This document shows positions 1-13,088 of a stretch of DNA of 57,235 nucleotides, piece after piece. The position numbers were made by a program, and so were the translations under genes. Within the stretch, counting starts at the first letter, position 1; every line of letters starts with the position of its first letter. Source of the stretch: Aplysia californica (taxonomy: Eukaryota); NCBI RefSeq assembly GCF_000002075.1, contig NW_004797660.1, forward strand, positions 268,673 through 325,907, written 5' to 3'. A model generated the notes under the pieces. The model had not been told where the DNA came from, ran no database searches, and saw only the letters and a list, made by a program, of their open reading frames with translations.

Positions 1-329
1 AATGGCTACGTGTTATATGATGCTAGTCCCTGTTCTTCGTGCTAGTTGCATCTGTATGTTATGTGGTGTACCCAGTGTTATTTCATGTTACGTCATAGTT
101 GTATTACTCATTGTCTCTGTAAATCTATCTGTTCACAGATGATATCATCATCTGCCGTTTATAATCAATGAACTAGACAGCGAAGTCTTTCTTCATGATG
201 ATTTCATCGCTTTGAGAGCAGCCACACTAGCGTTCTTCATGACGGTGTCGGCTTTATGAGAAAGTTTGAAAGCAAGTGATCACCCAAGATAACTAACCCA
301 CCGGTCTTCAACCCACACAACTCGGCAAC

Positions 330-1698
330 ATGGTCATATGCCCCTTCCCAGTCTGTGACTATGAAATCGGCGAAGGAGACGCCCAGATTGTGGTGGCACT
401 GCTCAATATACATGCCCCCAAACACACGCTCTAACTGCCCACCCTCCTGCATCACCTCAACCAACCAGAACTCGACCGTCCCAGAATTGACATCGGGGTA
501 GAGGACGAAGTATGGAACGGGTTCGTAAGGAGATATGAGGCTTTCAAAATAGGATGGGGCACAAACGAGGTCACTGCTTCAATGCAACTGTTTCAATGTG
601 CGTCAGAACCCCTGGGCGATCAGATACTGAAGGCAGACCCTAATATCCAGTCGAAACCAGTCAAGAATGTCAAGTCAATAATGCGGGAATTTGCTGTGAT
701 ACCAATCACCATTGGTGTGAGAAGGGCAGAACTCATGCAGCTACGCCAGGCACCTGACGAACAATTTCGCATTTTTGCTGCCAGGGTGAAGGGCAAGGCT
801 GAAACCTGCAGCATGTTCACAACGATCGCTAAATACACAAGCAACGAAGTTGTTCAAGCTGACTACACAACTGAGACAGTCAGGGACGTCCTCCTGGCAG
901 GAATTGCAGACCTCGACATTCGCAGAGAGGCCCTTAGTACACGGGACATTCAGAAGAAAAGTGCCAATGACGTCATTGCTTTCGTTGAAGGCCGCGAGAT
1001 GGCTAGAAATGCCCCGCCTAGCACATCCAAGTCAGCACTCTCAGCGTTCAAGAAGAGATCAATCGTATGAGAATAATTCCACCAAGAGGCCCACTCCTCC
1101 AGATACCAACAGATCTAATGATCTCACTAAGGGGCCTTCTCCTCCAGATACAAACAAACCGGTGTCATGCCCTGACTGTGGGGAGAAATGCAATGTATTC
1201 AAGCAAAGGGCAAACAGCTCCTGGAACACTGAACCCCACACGAAATGCCTCAATTGTTGGCAAGCTAGATCTAGTCGTCACAGAGAAGAGCTCACATCTC
1301 TCAGCTCCTTGTCAAATGAGCCGGCTGTGTCCCAGACTGGTGCAGTGGCTCTGCATCGCGAAGTTATCTCCAAAAGTGACCTAAACAAGTCTAGGAGCTC
1401 ATGCCATCCTCGTGCAGAGCTCTGCATCACAATAGCCGGGCTCAAGAAGGACACAGACCAGCCTGAAGCCCTCGTGAGAGGTATCGTGGACAGCGGGGCC
1501 ATGTCAAACCTGTGGGGTCTAAAGAACTTCACTGAAAGTGGCTTCTCAAAATCTGACCTTCTGCCTGTGACCATGGACGTGAGAGCCAACAATAAAAACC
1601 CAATAAACATTGTTGGAGCCTTTAATGCATTAGTTAAGGATAAATCACCCAGTGGTGGAATTATTGCTAGCACATGCTTAGTGTACATATCAGACTAA
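330..1698 (+). pseudogene. Gypsy gag plus aspartic protease, frameshifted
   Basis: ATG 330 gives MVICPFPVCDY...; ORF 582-1070 is gag-like (LRQAPDEQFRIFAARVKGKAETC); ORF 850-1698 has a Cys/His cluster and GIVDSGA. Confidence 0.85.
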
Positions 1699-4528
1699 GT
1701 GAATTATTTCTTTTTATCATATTATGACACGATGCTTGATTTAGGCATCATTGATAAATCTTTCCCAACAATTGGAACATGCATGAACAGATGTTTTGAG
1801 CCAACAGCAAACGAACCAGAAAAGGAACATCAACAACATGTGAAGTTAATTAACTCTGGTTGCGCTGATGCACAACAAAACGAGCACGACTGCAATTGCC
1901 CTCAGCGAGGGTCCATACCCCAAAGGCCCACTTCACTGCCTTTTGCTCCTGTACCGGAGAACAATGAGAAGAAGTGTGATTGGCTGCTGAAGAGGTACAG
2001 TAGGTCCCCCTTCAACACATGCCCTCACAGGCCCTTGCCTTGCATGACAGGACCCCTTATAGAAATACAAGTTGAGGAGACTGCCAAGCCCAAAGCCTGC
2101 CACACTGCAGCACCCATACCCCTTCACTGGCAAGAGCAGGTCCATAAAGACCTGGTGCGGGATGAAGCTTTGGGTGTAATAGAAAAGGTTCCCTTCGGAG
2201 AGCCAGTTACCGGGTGCCACCGCATGGTAGTCACAAGGAAACACGATGGCAGCCCGAAAAAAAGTGGATCTCTCCCCTCTCGATAAAGTTAGGAAACGAG
2301 AAACCTTTTCGGTAGAAGGCCCTTTTCCTCTTGCGAGGCGCATCCCTGGTAAGACATGACAGACCGTTACTGGTGCATGGAATGGCTACTACAGTGTGCC
2401 ACTAAGAGAAGACCTCACTACCTTCATAACCCCATTTGGGAGATGGTGGTACACTTGAGCACCACAGGGCTTTCTTTCCACACGGGGTGGATACAGCAGA
2501 CGGTTTGATTCCATCCTGTCAAACTTCGAGAGGAAGGAGCGATGTGTAGATGACACATGTCACTATGACGACAACCTGGAAGCACATTGGTGGAGGACCC
2601 TTGATCTCCTATCCACATGCGGAGCAGCTGGCATAGTCCTCAACCCAGACAAGTTCCAGTTTGCACAAAGAGAGGTTGACTTCGTCGGATTCAGGATACC
2701 AGAAGACAAAATCCTCCTGCTGCCAAAGCACCTTAATGCAATCAAGTCATTTCTCACCCCTACAAGCCCAACAGACATTCACAGTTGGTTTGGGCTGATC
2801 AATCAGGTGGCCAATTTAGCCCAGCATAGAGATGCACTGAAGCTCTTCCGATCTTTTCTCAGTCCCAAATACTAATTTTTCTGGTCCCCAGTCCTGGACA
2901 GGACATTTGAGGAATCCAACCTTGCGGAATTTTTTTTTACATTAAAAGACCCACATGCCTTCGCCCAGACAGGTCAAAGAAAGATATTGGCTACGTCCTT
3001 CTACAGAAACATTGCACCTGCGAGTCTGCGATGCCAGACTGTTGCGCTGAGGGCTGGAGAATCTCCCTAGCAGGATCACGCTTCCTCAAAGGTGCTGATG
3101 AACGTTACGCAGCAATAGAAGGTGAAGCACTAGCAATAGCATGGGGTCTGGAGCAGATCAGGTATTTCACCCAAGGCAGCCTGGACTTGTTGATAGTCAC
3201 AGACCACAAACCCCTGAAGAAAATTTTTGGGGACTGGACGTTGGATGAGATATCAAACACACGGCTCTTTCGTTTGAAGCTGCAAACGTTACCGTAGCAC
3301 TTCCGCATCGAGCATATGCCAAGGATCACAAACAACGTTGCTGATACAATGTCAAGATACCCCTCACCACATGTGAACAATACACCGTCCATTGCAGACA
3401 TGTCAGAAAGTATAATAGCAGCATCCATAAGCAGTGATGTGGTAGATGTCACCACCATATCATGGGACTGCATAGTCACAGAAACCCAAAAGTACAGCGT
3501 ACTCTTAGCCCTACTCAGTGCACTTATATCATCAACTGATCGACAATGGGAAGATAGGCCAGAACTGAATGAGTACGCGAGGTATCGTGAGTCCCTATAT
3601 CTCTTGGATGGTGTCATCCTTTACAAAGATAGGGTAGTCATACCATCGTCCCCAAGGAAGACCATTACTGAGGTTTTCACGTTGCTCACCAAGGAGTCTC
3701 ATCAAAGGAGATACGGTCTCAGTCCATTGTGTTCTGGCCAGGAATGACTAAGGACACACAGCATGTTCGAGCCAGATGCACGGATTGTAACAAGAACGCA
3801 CCGTCTCAAGCCCAACTTCCTTCAAACCCTGCCCTCCCCCCTCAACCCCATTCGAGAAAGTTTTTGCAGATTTCTTTGACTATAGGGGCCACCACTATGG
3901 GGTGATCGGTGACCGTCTTTCTGGGTGGCCCGAGGTTTATTCCACCGGTACAGGAAGTGTCCATGCTGGAGCAAGAGGTTTTATAGCATGTCTACAGAAA
4001 TTCTTTGCCACATTTGGAGTACCAGAGGAGTTGTCATCAGAAGGCGGCCCTGAAATCACTGCCAACCAGACAAAGGATTTCCTGTCCACATGGGGTGTAC
4101 ACCATAGGAAATCATCCCCACACCACCCACAATCCAAAGGGCGTGTAGAAGTAGCTGTCAAATCCGCCAAGCGCCCACTCAAGTCCAACATCAACCCCTC
4201 AGGAAGCCTTGACAGCGACAAATTCCTGAAAGCCCTTCTGCAACTTAGGAACACTCCAGACCCCGATTGCAAGTTGTCACCTGCTGAGATTGTCTTCGGG
4301 CATCCTATCAGAGAAATATTCTCTTTTGCTAATAGGCTTGAAAAGTTCAGTAATAAAGCCATACAACCCACTTGGAGAGAGGCATGGGCAGCCAAGGAAA
4401 CTGCGCTACGGACAAGGTTCGTAAAGACATCAGAGAAGCTCAACGAGCACGCAAGAAATTTTCCAAAGATGTCCATTGGTGACAGATGTTTCGTTCAGAA
4501 CCAGACTGGCAATGGTCCTAAAAGATGA
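1699..4528 (+). pseudogene. Gypsy pol (RT, RNase H, integrase), disrupted
   Basis: ORFs 1699-2286, 3031-3297, 3316-3747 and 3902-4528 carry successive pol motifs in shifting frames. Confidence 0.9.
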
Positions 4529-6197
4529 GACTGAACAGGCTTCATTGTTGAAACCAGCCCCAATGACCAATACAGAGTCAAGAATGATGGCTCAGGATAT
4601 CTGACATCAAGAATCCGCGCGCTTCCTTTGCCAGTTCCAGCCTGCCACTTTGACGATACAACTGGCACCGGCACGTAACAACTCAAATGACTTTGAGGTT
4701 ACTTTGCCTTTGGAGGAGGAGATCCATACAGGATATGAGTATGCGACTGAGCCAGTCAAAGGGAAGAGGATTGCCCCAAGCCCTTTCCCTTAGCCCTAAT
4801 CTCCAGAGGCACCTCAGGAGGCAAGGAAAAGTCTCCCCGCAGCCCTGAAATGCCTTCTCCCACACAGTAAAGAGGGGTTACAGGAGGCGGTCAAACCTCA
4901 GGAGCATTGGGGAGGAGGGGGGANNNNNNNNNNNNNNNNNNNNNNNNNNNNNNNNNNNNNNNNNNNNNNNNNNNNNNNNNNNNNNNNNNNNNNNNNNNNN
5001 NNNNNNNNNNNNNNNNNNNNNNNNNNNNNNNNNNNNNNNNNNNNNNNNNNNNNNNNNNNNNNNNNNNNNNNNNNNNNNNNNNNNNNNNNNNNNNNNNNNN
5101 NNNNNNNNNNNNNNNNNNNNNNNNNNNNNNNNNNNNNNNNNNNNNNNNNNNNNNNNNNNNNNNNNNNNNNNNNNNNNNNNNNNNNNNNNNNNNNNNNNNN
5201 NNNNNNNNNNNNNNNNNNNNNNNNNNNNNNNNNNNNNNNNNNNNNNNNNNNNNNNNNNNNNNNNNNNNNNNNNNNNNNNNNNNNNNNNNNNNNNNNNNNN
5301 NNNNNNNNNNNNNNNNNNNNNNNNNNNNNNNCCCCGCCCCTAAAAAACACTTTAAGAAGAGCTTCTAGGCAGGCTAGATCTACTAATTGATAGGCTTACA
5401 GTAATTACTCTATGGCTTTGTTTTTACAATGAACTATGCTCATTTGATAACATTAGAAATGATTCTAAGTGCATAGTCTCCTCTTAGAATATAATCTACT
5501 GTTCTATTCGGAGGTGGATGCTATTCGAAAAAAAGATATCTCTGTCTTCATTAGAAAGTTCGACATTGTTGCCACAAAACATTGGAAAGTAAATTCCAGA
5601 ACATACTTGAACACGAATGAAATTTCTGTACAAAACAGCAGGGTTAGTTTATCTGTTGCCAACGGCTAAAATAAATCTTTTTGCATAGAAGATCGAAGGA
5701 GATAACTCTAGATTCTATGCGTGAGGCTCATCCACATCCTAAACATTGCTGGACTTCCGTTGATGGTGCGTCTTTCGGCTTTTGTTATTAAATAGTTACT
5801 GGACTAGATTTTAGTTCTAACTGTACGTATTATTAAAGCTTAAAGACGTTTATGAGAACACGTGAAATGTGTTGTTTTGAAAGATGAAAAACCTCCTTAC
5901 AGACTTTCATTACAGCAGAAGTCTTTTTTTTTGGAGTAGGCTAAACCATCCATAGATCAACAACTGCGTCTGCAGCGAGGCACCACCAATAAACAAAGCA
6001 GATTTTCATTTGTCTTTGTTTTATGTTTCAGTGACAAGACCGCTAGATCAAGCCTTTGTTGGGGTTGGGCCTTTGCTATGGCTTTGAGGTTGAGGACATG
6101 GTTAGGGGTTTTGGGTTGTTTTTGCACAATTTTGTAGATTCACCCTTTTTCTTTAACTTTAGGAAGAGGCTAGCCGTACTTAATTTTAAGGCCGGCA

Positions 6198-6321
6198 TTA
6201 TTTCTCCGAACGTTCGGGAAAATAAAGCTGGGCACTATTTCTCCGAACGTTCGGGAAAATAAAGCTGGGCACTATTTCTCCGAACGTTCAGGAAAATAAA
6301 GCTGGGCACTATTTCTCCGAA
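6198..6321. repeat. 37-bp tandem repeat (about 3.3 copies) with palindromic core CCGAACGTTCGG
   Basis: TTTCTCCGAA recurs at 6201, 6238, 6275 and 6312; a related perfect 30-bp palindrome lies at 7704-7733. Confidence 0.9.
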
Positions 6322-6930
6322 CACTCTGAAATATCATCCTTTCCCCCAAATTTCGGATATTATATAGATCTAGATCTATAATTATAGTATGGGCCTACCA
6401 AAGATTGTTCGTATACAATATGGTTCAATCGGTCCAAAAAATGTCCGCCGTAAATATTTATATAAAGAAATGCTACAATTCCAAACAGTTTTTCGCTATA
6501 GATATGACGTGTTGCCTATGAAAGGTGCTGCTTTTAAACGTAATGTGTTGTGTTCACTCGTGTGCTGTCTAGATCTAGATCTACGGAGGGTTATTGATAA
6601 CTACACATAGAACTGGCATCTGCGTTTGTCACTGCTGCGACCAATGTACTGACACTGGCAAGCCCCTTAATGTGTGTGATTCCATAATTTACATGTAATA
6701 TCCTGTACTTTTTTTAAAATTACGCACATTTAGGGTTAAAACTGCCAATCTTCTTCGGACAGGTGGACACACGCCCTTATTTGTTAATGTTTGTTGTTGT
6801 TTATGGGCTGTTCTAATTTTGATTTCTTTCTGTTATGAAACCTTTCTTTTTCACGTTTTTACACTCATCTAAAAATCTCATCTAGACTAGCTGTTGAAAA
6901 TTGAAATAGATATAGACCCAAAAATTTGCT

Positions 6931-6932
<2 letters not shown>

Positions 6933-6979
<47 letters not shown>

Positions 6980-7040
6980 GTGAGTGTTTGAGTGTGTCTG
7001 TGTGTGGTAGTAAGTGGAGAGTGAGGAGTGTGTGTGTGTG
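6933..7040. repeat. (TG)n microsatellite and degenerate flank
   Basis: Directly visible; another (TG)n run lies at ~8601-8628. Confidence 0.9.
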
Positions 7041-7959
7041 TTTGTTTTTCGGGCTTTATTTCAGCCTTTATTCAGTAACAGTTCAAAGTATACAAAAATA
7101 GAAACACAGGATCCATTCACTCCAGGACTCATGAGTCATTCGTCTCTTTCAGTTTCTTCACTCTTTCATTCAATTCCCGTGTTCTCTCCCGCGGCTCATC
7201 CCCGTCCGCATGACTTTCATACCCCACCCCATCCCTCCAGGCACACACAAAGAAAATCTCACTTGTTCCCTGCGAACCATGGACAATAATATAGGCAAAA
7301 CACCGCCTGAGCTGCATTCCTTTTGTTCGTGAGCTGTGGACCAGGCCAGGGGTGGTCAGTGTCGTCGTCTTTTAGTTGCTGTCGCCTGTGGATACACTCG
7401 CACATTCTTCCTTTCACCCGCTCTTTCACTCACACTGTCTCTCCATCCACAGTTCAGCTCGTCATACGTTCAAAAGTTGCCCACTAGTTATGTTTAGTTA
7501 GTGTGTGTACATGTGCATGATGGTGATGGGTGTGTGGTGGGTGTTACTGAAGGTTGTCTGTAGGCGGGCTTGCCATGCGGTACGTGTTCCTTCCCAGACC
7601 AGAGGCAAAGGCAGAATGAAAGTTGGCGCCGAACTCTCGCAATAAATAGGCAAAAAATCACGAGACCGGAAGCCGAAAACCGTTCGGAGAAATAAAGATC
7701 GGCACTATTTCTCCGAACGTTCGGAGAAATAGTCACTTCGTAATTTTAATGACGGCTAGACTCAGTCTAGAAATCTAGCTGTATTCTTAATATGGTGGCT
7801 AGACTGACCATTTACAAAAAATAGGCCTACTGAATTGTAAATACATACATTTTTAGTGTGCAGTACCTAAAGTATTTGTATTTGAGACGAAACCAGGTGC
7901 CTTAATGACAGTGCATGTATTTTAAACCTCCTGTTTTCTAATGTTAATAGGGCCCAAGA

Positions 7960-8061
7960 TAAGTACGGCTAGACTGGCAGTCTAGCCGTACTTAAGTACG
8001 GGTAGACAGCCAGGCTAGCCGTACTTAAGGACGGCTAGACTGTCAGGCTAGCCGTACTTAA
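7960..8061. repeat. Three tandem 33-bp palindromic units (AAGTACGGCTAGAC...CTAGCCGTACTT)
   Basis: The first unit 7960-7994 has perfect 17-bp arms; a further partial copy lies at ~8249-8295. Confidence 0.85.
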
Positions 8062-8601
8062 TATTGATGGCTGAATTGTAAATGAAATTTTTAGTTTGCA
8101 ATGACTAAATAACTAAAGTATTTGTATTTCAGACAAAACCAAAAGGCGGTGCCTTACTGACTTGCATGTATTTGAACCTGAATAATTACTAGATCAAATA
8201 AGACCTGTGTACTTAACAGGCTTGAGTCGATAGGGCCTAACCTAGATCTAAGTACGGCTAGACTGGCAGTCTAGCCACTTGGCAGTCTAGCCACTTCGTT
8301 TTCTTAGGCCTAGGCCATAGATCTGCTAGGTGAGAATAACTCATCATGATCCCGCTTGCTTCCCCTCCCCCCCCTCCCAGACATCGACAGTGAATGTAGA
8401 TCTATATTTTTAATGTAATAGTTCGGCCTGCTTCAAGCGTTCTGTCCCATGAGACGAAGGAGTGCTCTTACAGAATTAAAGTCGATAAGGCTGGCTCAAA
8501 AATAAACTCTATTCGCTTACCGTTCTCGAGATTTGTTGATAATTTGTGAATGGAATGGACAGCGCGTGTTTACGTGTGTGTAGGTGTGTATGTGTGTAAA
8601 G

Positions 8602-8632
<31 letters not shown>

Positions 8633-9100
8633 TGTGAACGGGGGGGGGGGGGGGGGGGAAGGGAGAGTGGAGGGATTTTTTGTTTGTTTGTGAAGGATTT
8701 TAATTTTTGCTTTAGGGGTGACTAAATGAGAAATAGGTTACTACTGCCAAGGTCGAGCAGTCTTGTTTTCTCGCAGTACCTAGAAGACATTTTTAAATGA
8801 AGTCCGGGAACTTTGCCCCCACCACAACTGAATATATTCTGAATGATAGTTATCTTTGTTTGAGTCTGGTGTTGTAAAAGTAAATGAAGGAAAACAAAAA
8901 CAGTGATTTAATGAAACCATTATATATACTATGAAATACTGTAGAAATATCTATTAAGTCATGCTTTCTTTTCAGTGTAAACGGTGATTGAGTGATTTCC
9001 TGTGATCTCAGAAAAGGGTGACAGTCATTTCATATCTCGGTGCAGTTGATGCACTTGATGAATAATTATCTATCACTCCAAGTGACAAGTGGCTGCAGTC

Positions 9101-9152
9101 ATGTATGAGGTCATTGTCCTGAAAGAAGGCTACAACCATCCGGAGACACAAG
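9101..9152 (+). CDS. MBLAC1: MBLAC1 coding exon 1 (MYEVIVLKEGYNHPETQ); probable 5'UTR from the acceptor at 8975
   Basis: ATG 9101, GT donor 9153, phase 1 matching the next exon; VIVLKEGY is typical of the family N-terminus. Confidence 0.8.
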
Positions 9153-9594
9153 GTATATAAATGACTTATTGACTTATTGCATTATAATAACTTTCAATAT
9201 CAATCAATGCTGATTGGTATGGTGCGTCTTTAGAAAGTACCCTTCTATTCCCTTTCCTTTTCCTCATTTTTTACTTTTTAAACCCTGAGTTTTTCCCACC
9301 GTTTCCCGGAGTTTTTTTCTACAGTCCCCGAAACCTGGTACACTATGTATCATTTTAACCCCAGAAGCTTGCCTCCAACCACTAAATAGCGAAAACAAAG
9401 GCTTAGTCATTACTAAAAAACTTGGATCGGGAATAGTTCCGAAAAACAAGAAGAAACTAGCACTAAATGAAATGATACAGTTGTCACTAGTGTCGGACGC
9501 TACCAGCGTCTGAGTGCAGCCTTGCCGTAAACATATTTGATCTGTTGTTTCAATCGTTGTGATCTTTTGTGTTACATTATATATCAGCATCGTC

Positions 9595-9745
9595 ATCATC
9601 ATCAGAAGAAGGAAGAAAAAAAAAAGAAGAAGAAGGAGGAGGAGGAAGGTAAGAAGAAAAGGAGAAAAGGAGGGGGAAGTGGAGGAGGAGGATAAGGAGA
9701 AAGAGGAAAAGGGGGAGGAAGAGGAGGAGTAAGAAGAAGGAAGAG
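9595..9745. repeat. GA-rich low-complexity tract
   Basis: (GAA/GGA)n runs. Confidence 0.85.
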
Positions 9746-10261
9746 GTGTAGGACGATTTTATCGCTTCCATACTATCAGCTGCAGTTATTTTAGTGCTAG
9801 AGAGGCAATTCGGGTGAAAACAGCGGTCACAATGTTGAAAATTTACTAGAAGTAGAAAAAGCAGAACACAGCAATGGGTCTATTAACTACATTTGAAGTA
9901 GAAGAACAGGAGGCTCGAAGAGTAAGGGAGAGCAGCAATAGCAACAACAACAGCAACATAAAGAAAATGTGAAGAAAAAAAATTATGAGGAGAAAAGACA
10001 GTAATCCGAATAGGGGGAAATGCCTTCACAATTCAGTGACTTTCCAGTACAAAGGTAAGGAATTTCTAATGTTTTAAAGATATTTCTAGACAAAGTTCAG
10101 ATCTGTCCATGAGTGAACTTATGAAATGGACAATTATTATCGATAGAGCCAATAGTTTTTAAAAAATAATATTTTTTGGTTTAATTGGTTTTATCACTAG
10201 GCCGACGATATATGCTGTTTACATTATGGCTGTTCAGCCAGACAATTGATAAAATTGATGA

Positions 10262-10666
10262 AATCAGGCGCTTGTCAAAATGATGAAAATGAAAAAAAAA
10301 CAGGCATTTTTCTGCCAGTTTGGCTATTTTGATCAACATCTTTTATGTCCATATAAAAACACATGTCCATGTGTATTTGACCGAAAAACGTTGAACGAAG
10401 GCACAAAATATGTCATTTTTCAGGTTTCAAGAACTCTCAAGCTATTGAAGTGATTGAACTTTGACAGTCATTTTCTCACTCTTTTACCACTGAAACGGGG
10501 TGATCCCACCTCCTTCAATCACAAAAAATGTCAACGTCTTTTCAAGATAGATGGGTATATTTTTTTTCCATTGAAAACGAGGCAAATGAATAAGATTTTA
10601 GATGATAGCAATAACTCCACATGCCCAAAAATTGAGGAGCGCCCGTTTCCGCCGCGTCGTGACACA
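10262..10666 (+). mobile_element. Copy of the ~440-bp TGTGA...TCACA MITE, 5' end eroded
   Basis: Colinear with the complete copy at 54721-55162. Confidence 0.75.
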
Positions 10667-10712
10667 ATCATATAAGCTCTTGTACTGAAGAATATTGTGG
10701 TTTCTCTTTCAG

Positions 10713-10811
10713 GTACCACGAGAGCCGGTGCCACTGTCACTCTCCTCAAAGGTCCCAGCAATATCATTGTGGACACTGGCAGCCCTTGGGACAAAGATGT
10801 TGTTCTCAAAG
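10713..10811 (+). CDS. MBLAC1: MBLAC1 coding exon 2 (TVTLLKGPSNIIVDTGSPWDKD)
   Basis: AG/GT bounded, phase 1-1, contains the metallo-beta-lactamase VDTG motif. Confidence 0.92.
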
Positions 10812-11734
10812 GTGAGGCTATGACAGACTTACTCAGGCCAAGCACTCCAATCGAATAGGAGTTGTCTCACTTTTTTTTTTTCGTTTGAAGTACCCCGATA
10901 AGACTTTCATGAAATTCCATTTTTTTTCTTGAATTCTTTTTCTGACAGGTCATATGCTACTTACAACCTGCTGCTCTGTTATTAGTGCTCTTTTCTTGAC
11001 TCAAAAACAAATGATCGTTATTGTGTCGAAGTGCCTCTTTACTGAAACAAACTACTGTCTAACCTGCTCTTATGACCGCCTGATAAAGACAATCACCCGT
11101 GCAAACGGCCACTTCCTATAAAATCCTCCCTTGCGTGTTTCTTTTTAACGTTATAAGGACACTGTAAGACATCCACCTGTCCAAGAAGGCCAGTTTTCAC
11201 CTTTGATAGCGTGACTTTCCTCCCTCTCCTCATGCCCTATATTCCCCATTTTACTTATAACTGTCTTAACCCTCCTAGCACCATGAATAGGTCAGCAGGT
11301 CAGCTCAGCAGAACCAAAATGGCGGCCAGCTGATGGCTTCCCAGAACCAAATTATTTCAGTGTTTTGCAGAGGTTCAGGTGGTGTAGCAAAGAAATTGCT
11401 TTGGTTTTTTAGCCAAGCGACGTATTTCAATGAAATTTCACATACAAAGGCCATGGACATCTGCATCTAGATTTAGAATGGCCTACGCTGAAGGCGGGTG
11501 CATCAGGCCGGTAAAATCTGGTATGGCTCTACAGAGGGAAAGCCGGTAAAAGCTGATATGGCAACATGACGGGAAGACTGGTTTAGGCTCAATTTTGACC
11601 CTCTGATAATTTGAAGAGAGCATCGGAGCATCAATGGACATGCCTGAAATGCAGGGATGCTACTTCCTGAAACAAATAACCATGAACAGTGGCTCAAAAA
11701 GGGTCAAGCAATTTTTCGACTGATGTTCTTCCAG

Positions 11735-11898
11735 GTCTGGCGGGGCATAACCTGAAGCCGGAGGACATCCAGTACGTGGTCTGCTCCCACGGCCACAGCG
11801 ACCACGTGGGCAACCTGAACCTGTTCACACAGGCGCTGTTTGTGGTGGGCTACGACATCTGTCGGGGGGACCAGTACCTGCTGCATGATTTCAAGGAG
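11735..11898 (+). CDS. MBLAC1: MBLAC1 coding exon 3 with the HGHSDH metal-binding motif
   Basis: VVCSHGHSDHVGNLNLF matches HxHxDH; AG/GT bounded, phase 1-0. Confidence 0.96.
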
Positions 11899-11920
11899 GT
11901 AATTCCACAGATGAGGGTGG

Positions 11921-12431
11921 TAGTGTTTTACGGCGCTCGCAACTGCATGAGGTCATATGAATGAGCGCGCGGGACACATTAAACATATTAGTTGGTAGGA
12001 AATTTTGAATTTTGCCAGAGTGGCGGCCGAAGCCTCTACTCTTATTGATTTTAGGTCACCAAGGGATCTTTAATGTGTGCTACTTGCATGCGGGACCTCT
12101 GAGATTTGTCGCCCTTGTCCGAGAAGGCTGGGTGTAGATCTTTCCTACCAGAAGATCAGGGGTATGGCTGAAAGACAGCAGTAAGGAGTCAAGGAGAAGC
12201 AGTAGAAAGGCTGCAGAAAGAGTTAGGAGCCCAGAGGAAGGGGCAAAGGAGGTGAGGGGGTGGGGGCAGAAAGTGGAGACGAAAGCAGACAACAGAACAT
12301 TGCTAGAGAGCAGGAAAGGAGGCGAAAGGAGACAATTTTAGAGAAGAAAATTTTTTGGTTACTACCCGGATTTGAACCCGGGACCTTTGAATGAGAGGCG
12401 AACACCTTATCCTCTAGGCCACGAGAGCCCC
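11921..12431 (-). mobile_element. tRNA-derived SINE (Glu-CTC-like head), full length
   Basis: Minus strand shows A box TGGCCTAGAGG, CTCTCA loop and B box GGTTCAAATCC; the body recurs at 24627-25133, 28910-29122, 39334-39632 and 41985-42275. Confidence 0.88.
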
Positions 12432-12436
12432 TTTTC

Positions 12437-12694
12437 CATAGATGAGTTGCTACCTTAGAATTACAAAGTTCTATGTGGCACCTTTGGCCATTTTGAGTTA
12501 CAAAGACCAAGAAGTCAGATACCAAATGTTCTATTCCCTCTAACAAAATCGTAGTCGTTATCAAGATATTTAAAGATTTGCATTCCTAAAAGCTTGACAT
12601 GTTGTGAAACTCAAAATGTTTGACACCAAAATTTCTCAAAACCAGGTTCTGAATAGATAGAACTTTGTAATTTTAAGGTAGCGAAGTGTCTCTG
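12437..12694. mobile_element. MITE with ~28-bp inverted ends
   Basis: GCTACCTTAGAATTACAAAGTTCTAT ... ATAGAACTTTGTAATTTTAAGGTAGC. Confidence 0.7.
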
Positions 12695-12973
12695 ATCAAA
12701 CATTTCGCGACCTCCGTGCTTTAATGTCGTATATATCCATTTTTTTAAACCGTGAAAACAGTTCATAACAAAGAGTGAGCTTAAGAAGAAGTCACATTTT
12801 CATTGTTTTAAAAAAATGGAGATACGACAGGAAAGCACTGAGGTCACGATTTATCGTCCTTTCTCTCCTCTTTCTTTTTTATGTTTGTTACTCTCTTGTA
12901 ACACCTCTAATCTTCAGCACTTATATTGTGATCTTGTTGTGTTGCAAGACTAAAAACGAACTTTTTGTCGCAG

Positions 12974-13088
12974 GGCATTCCGTACGAGATTGACGAGGAC
13001 GTGGAGGTCTGGCCGACCCCCGGTCACACCGGCAACGACGTCTCTGTGGTGGTCAAGAACACAAACCTGGGCACCGTTGCTGTCGTTG
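12974..13088 (+). CDS. MBLAC1: MBLAC1 coding exon 4 (VWPTPGHTGNDVSVVV)
   Basis: TPGHT motif; AG/GT bounded, phase 0-1. Confidence 0.95.

Larger units (their letters stand above)
11..4900 (+). mobile_element. Decayed Ty3/Gypsy LTR retrotransposon; 3' end lost in the N gap
   Basis: Domain order is gag, protease (DSGA ~1489-1500), RT (CVDD 2543-2554), RNase H (YAAIEGEALAIAWGL, TDHKPL), integrase (SSEGGPE, PQSKGRVE). Many frameshifts and stops. LTR limits are uncertain. Confidence 0.93.

Noticed and set aside
620-4476. Antisense ORFs across the Gypsy element
   Set aside because: Shadows of gag/pol coding sequence with no motifs of their own.
6198-8061. Palindromic ~35-bp repeats resembling a CRISPR array
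   Set aside because: Units are contiguous with no unique spacers, there are no cas genes, and the context is eukaryotic.
11735-11898. Bacterial beta-lactamase or horizontal transfer
   Set aside because: The HxHxDH exon belongs to a multi-intron gene matching animal MBLAC1.
12355-12431. tRNA genes at SINE heads (also ~14680, 25060, 29060, 39560, 41990)
   Set aside because: Acceptor stems do not pair and each head continues into a repeated SINE body.
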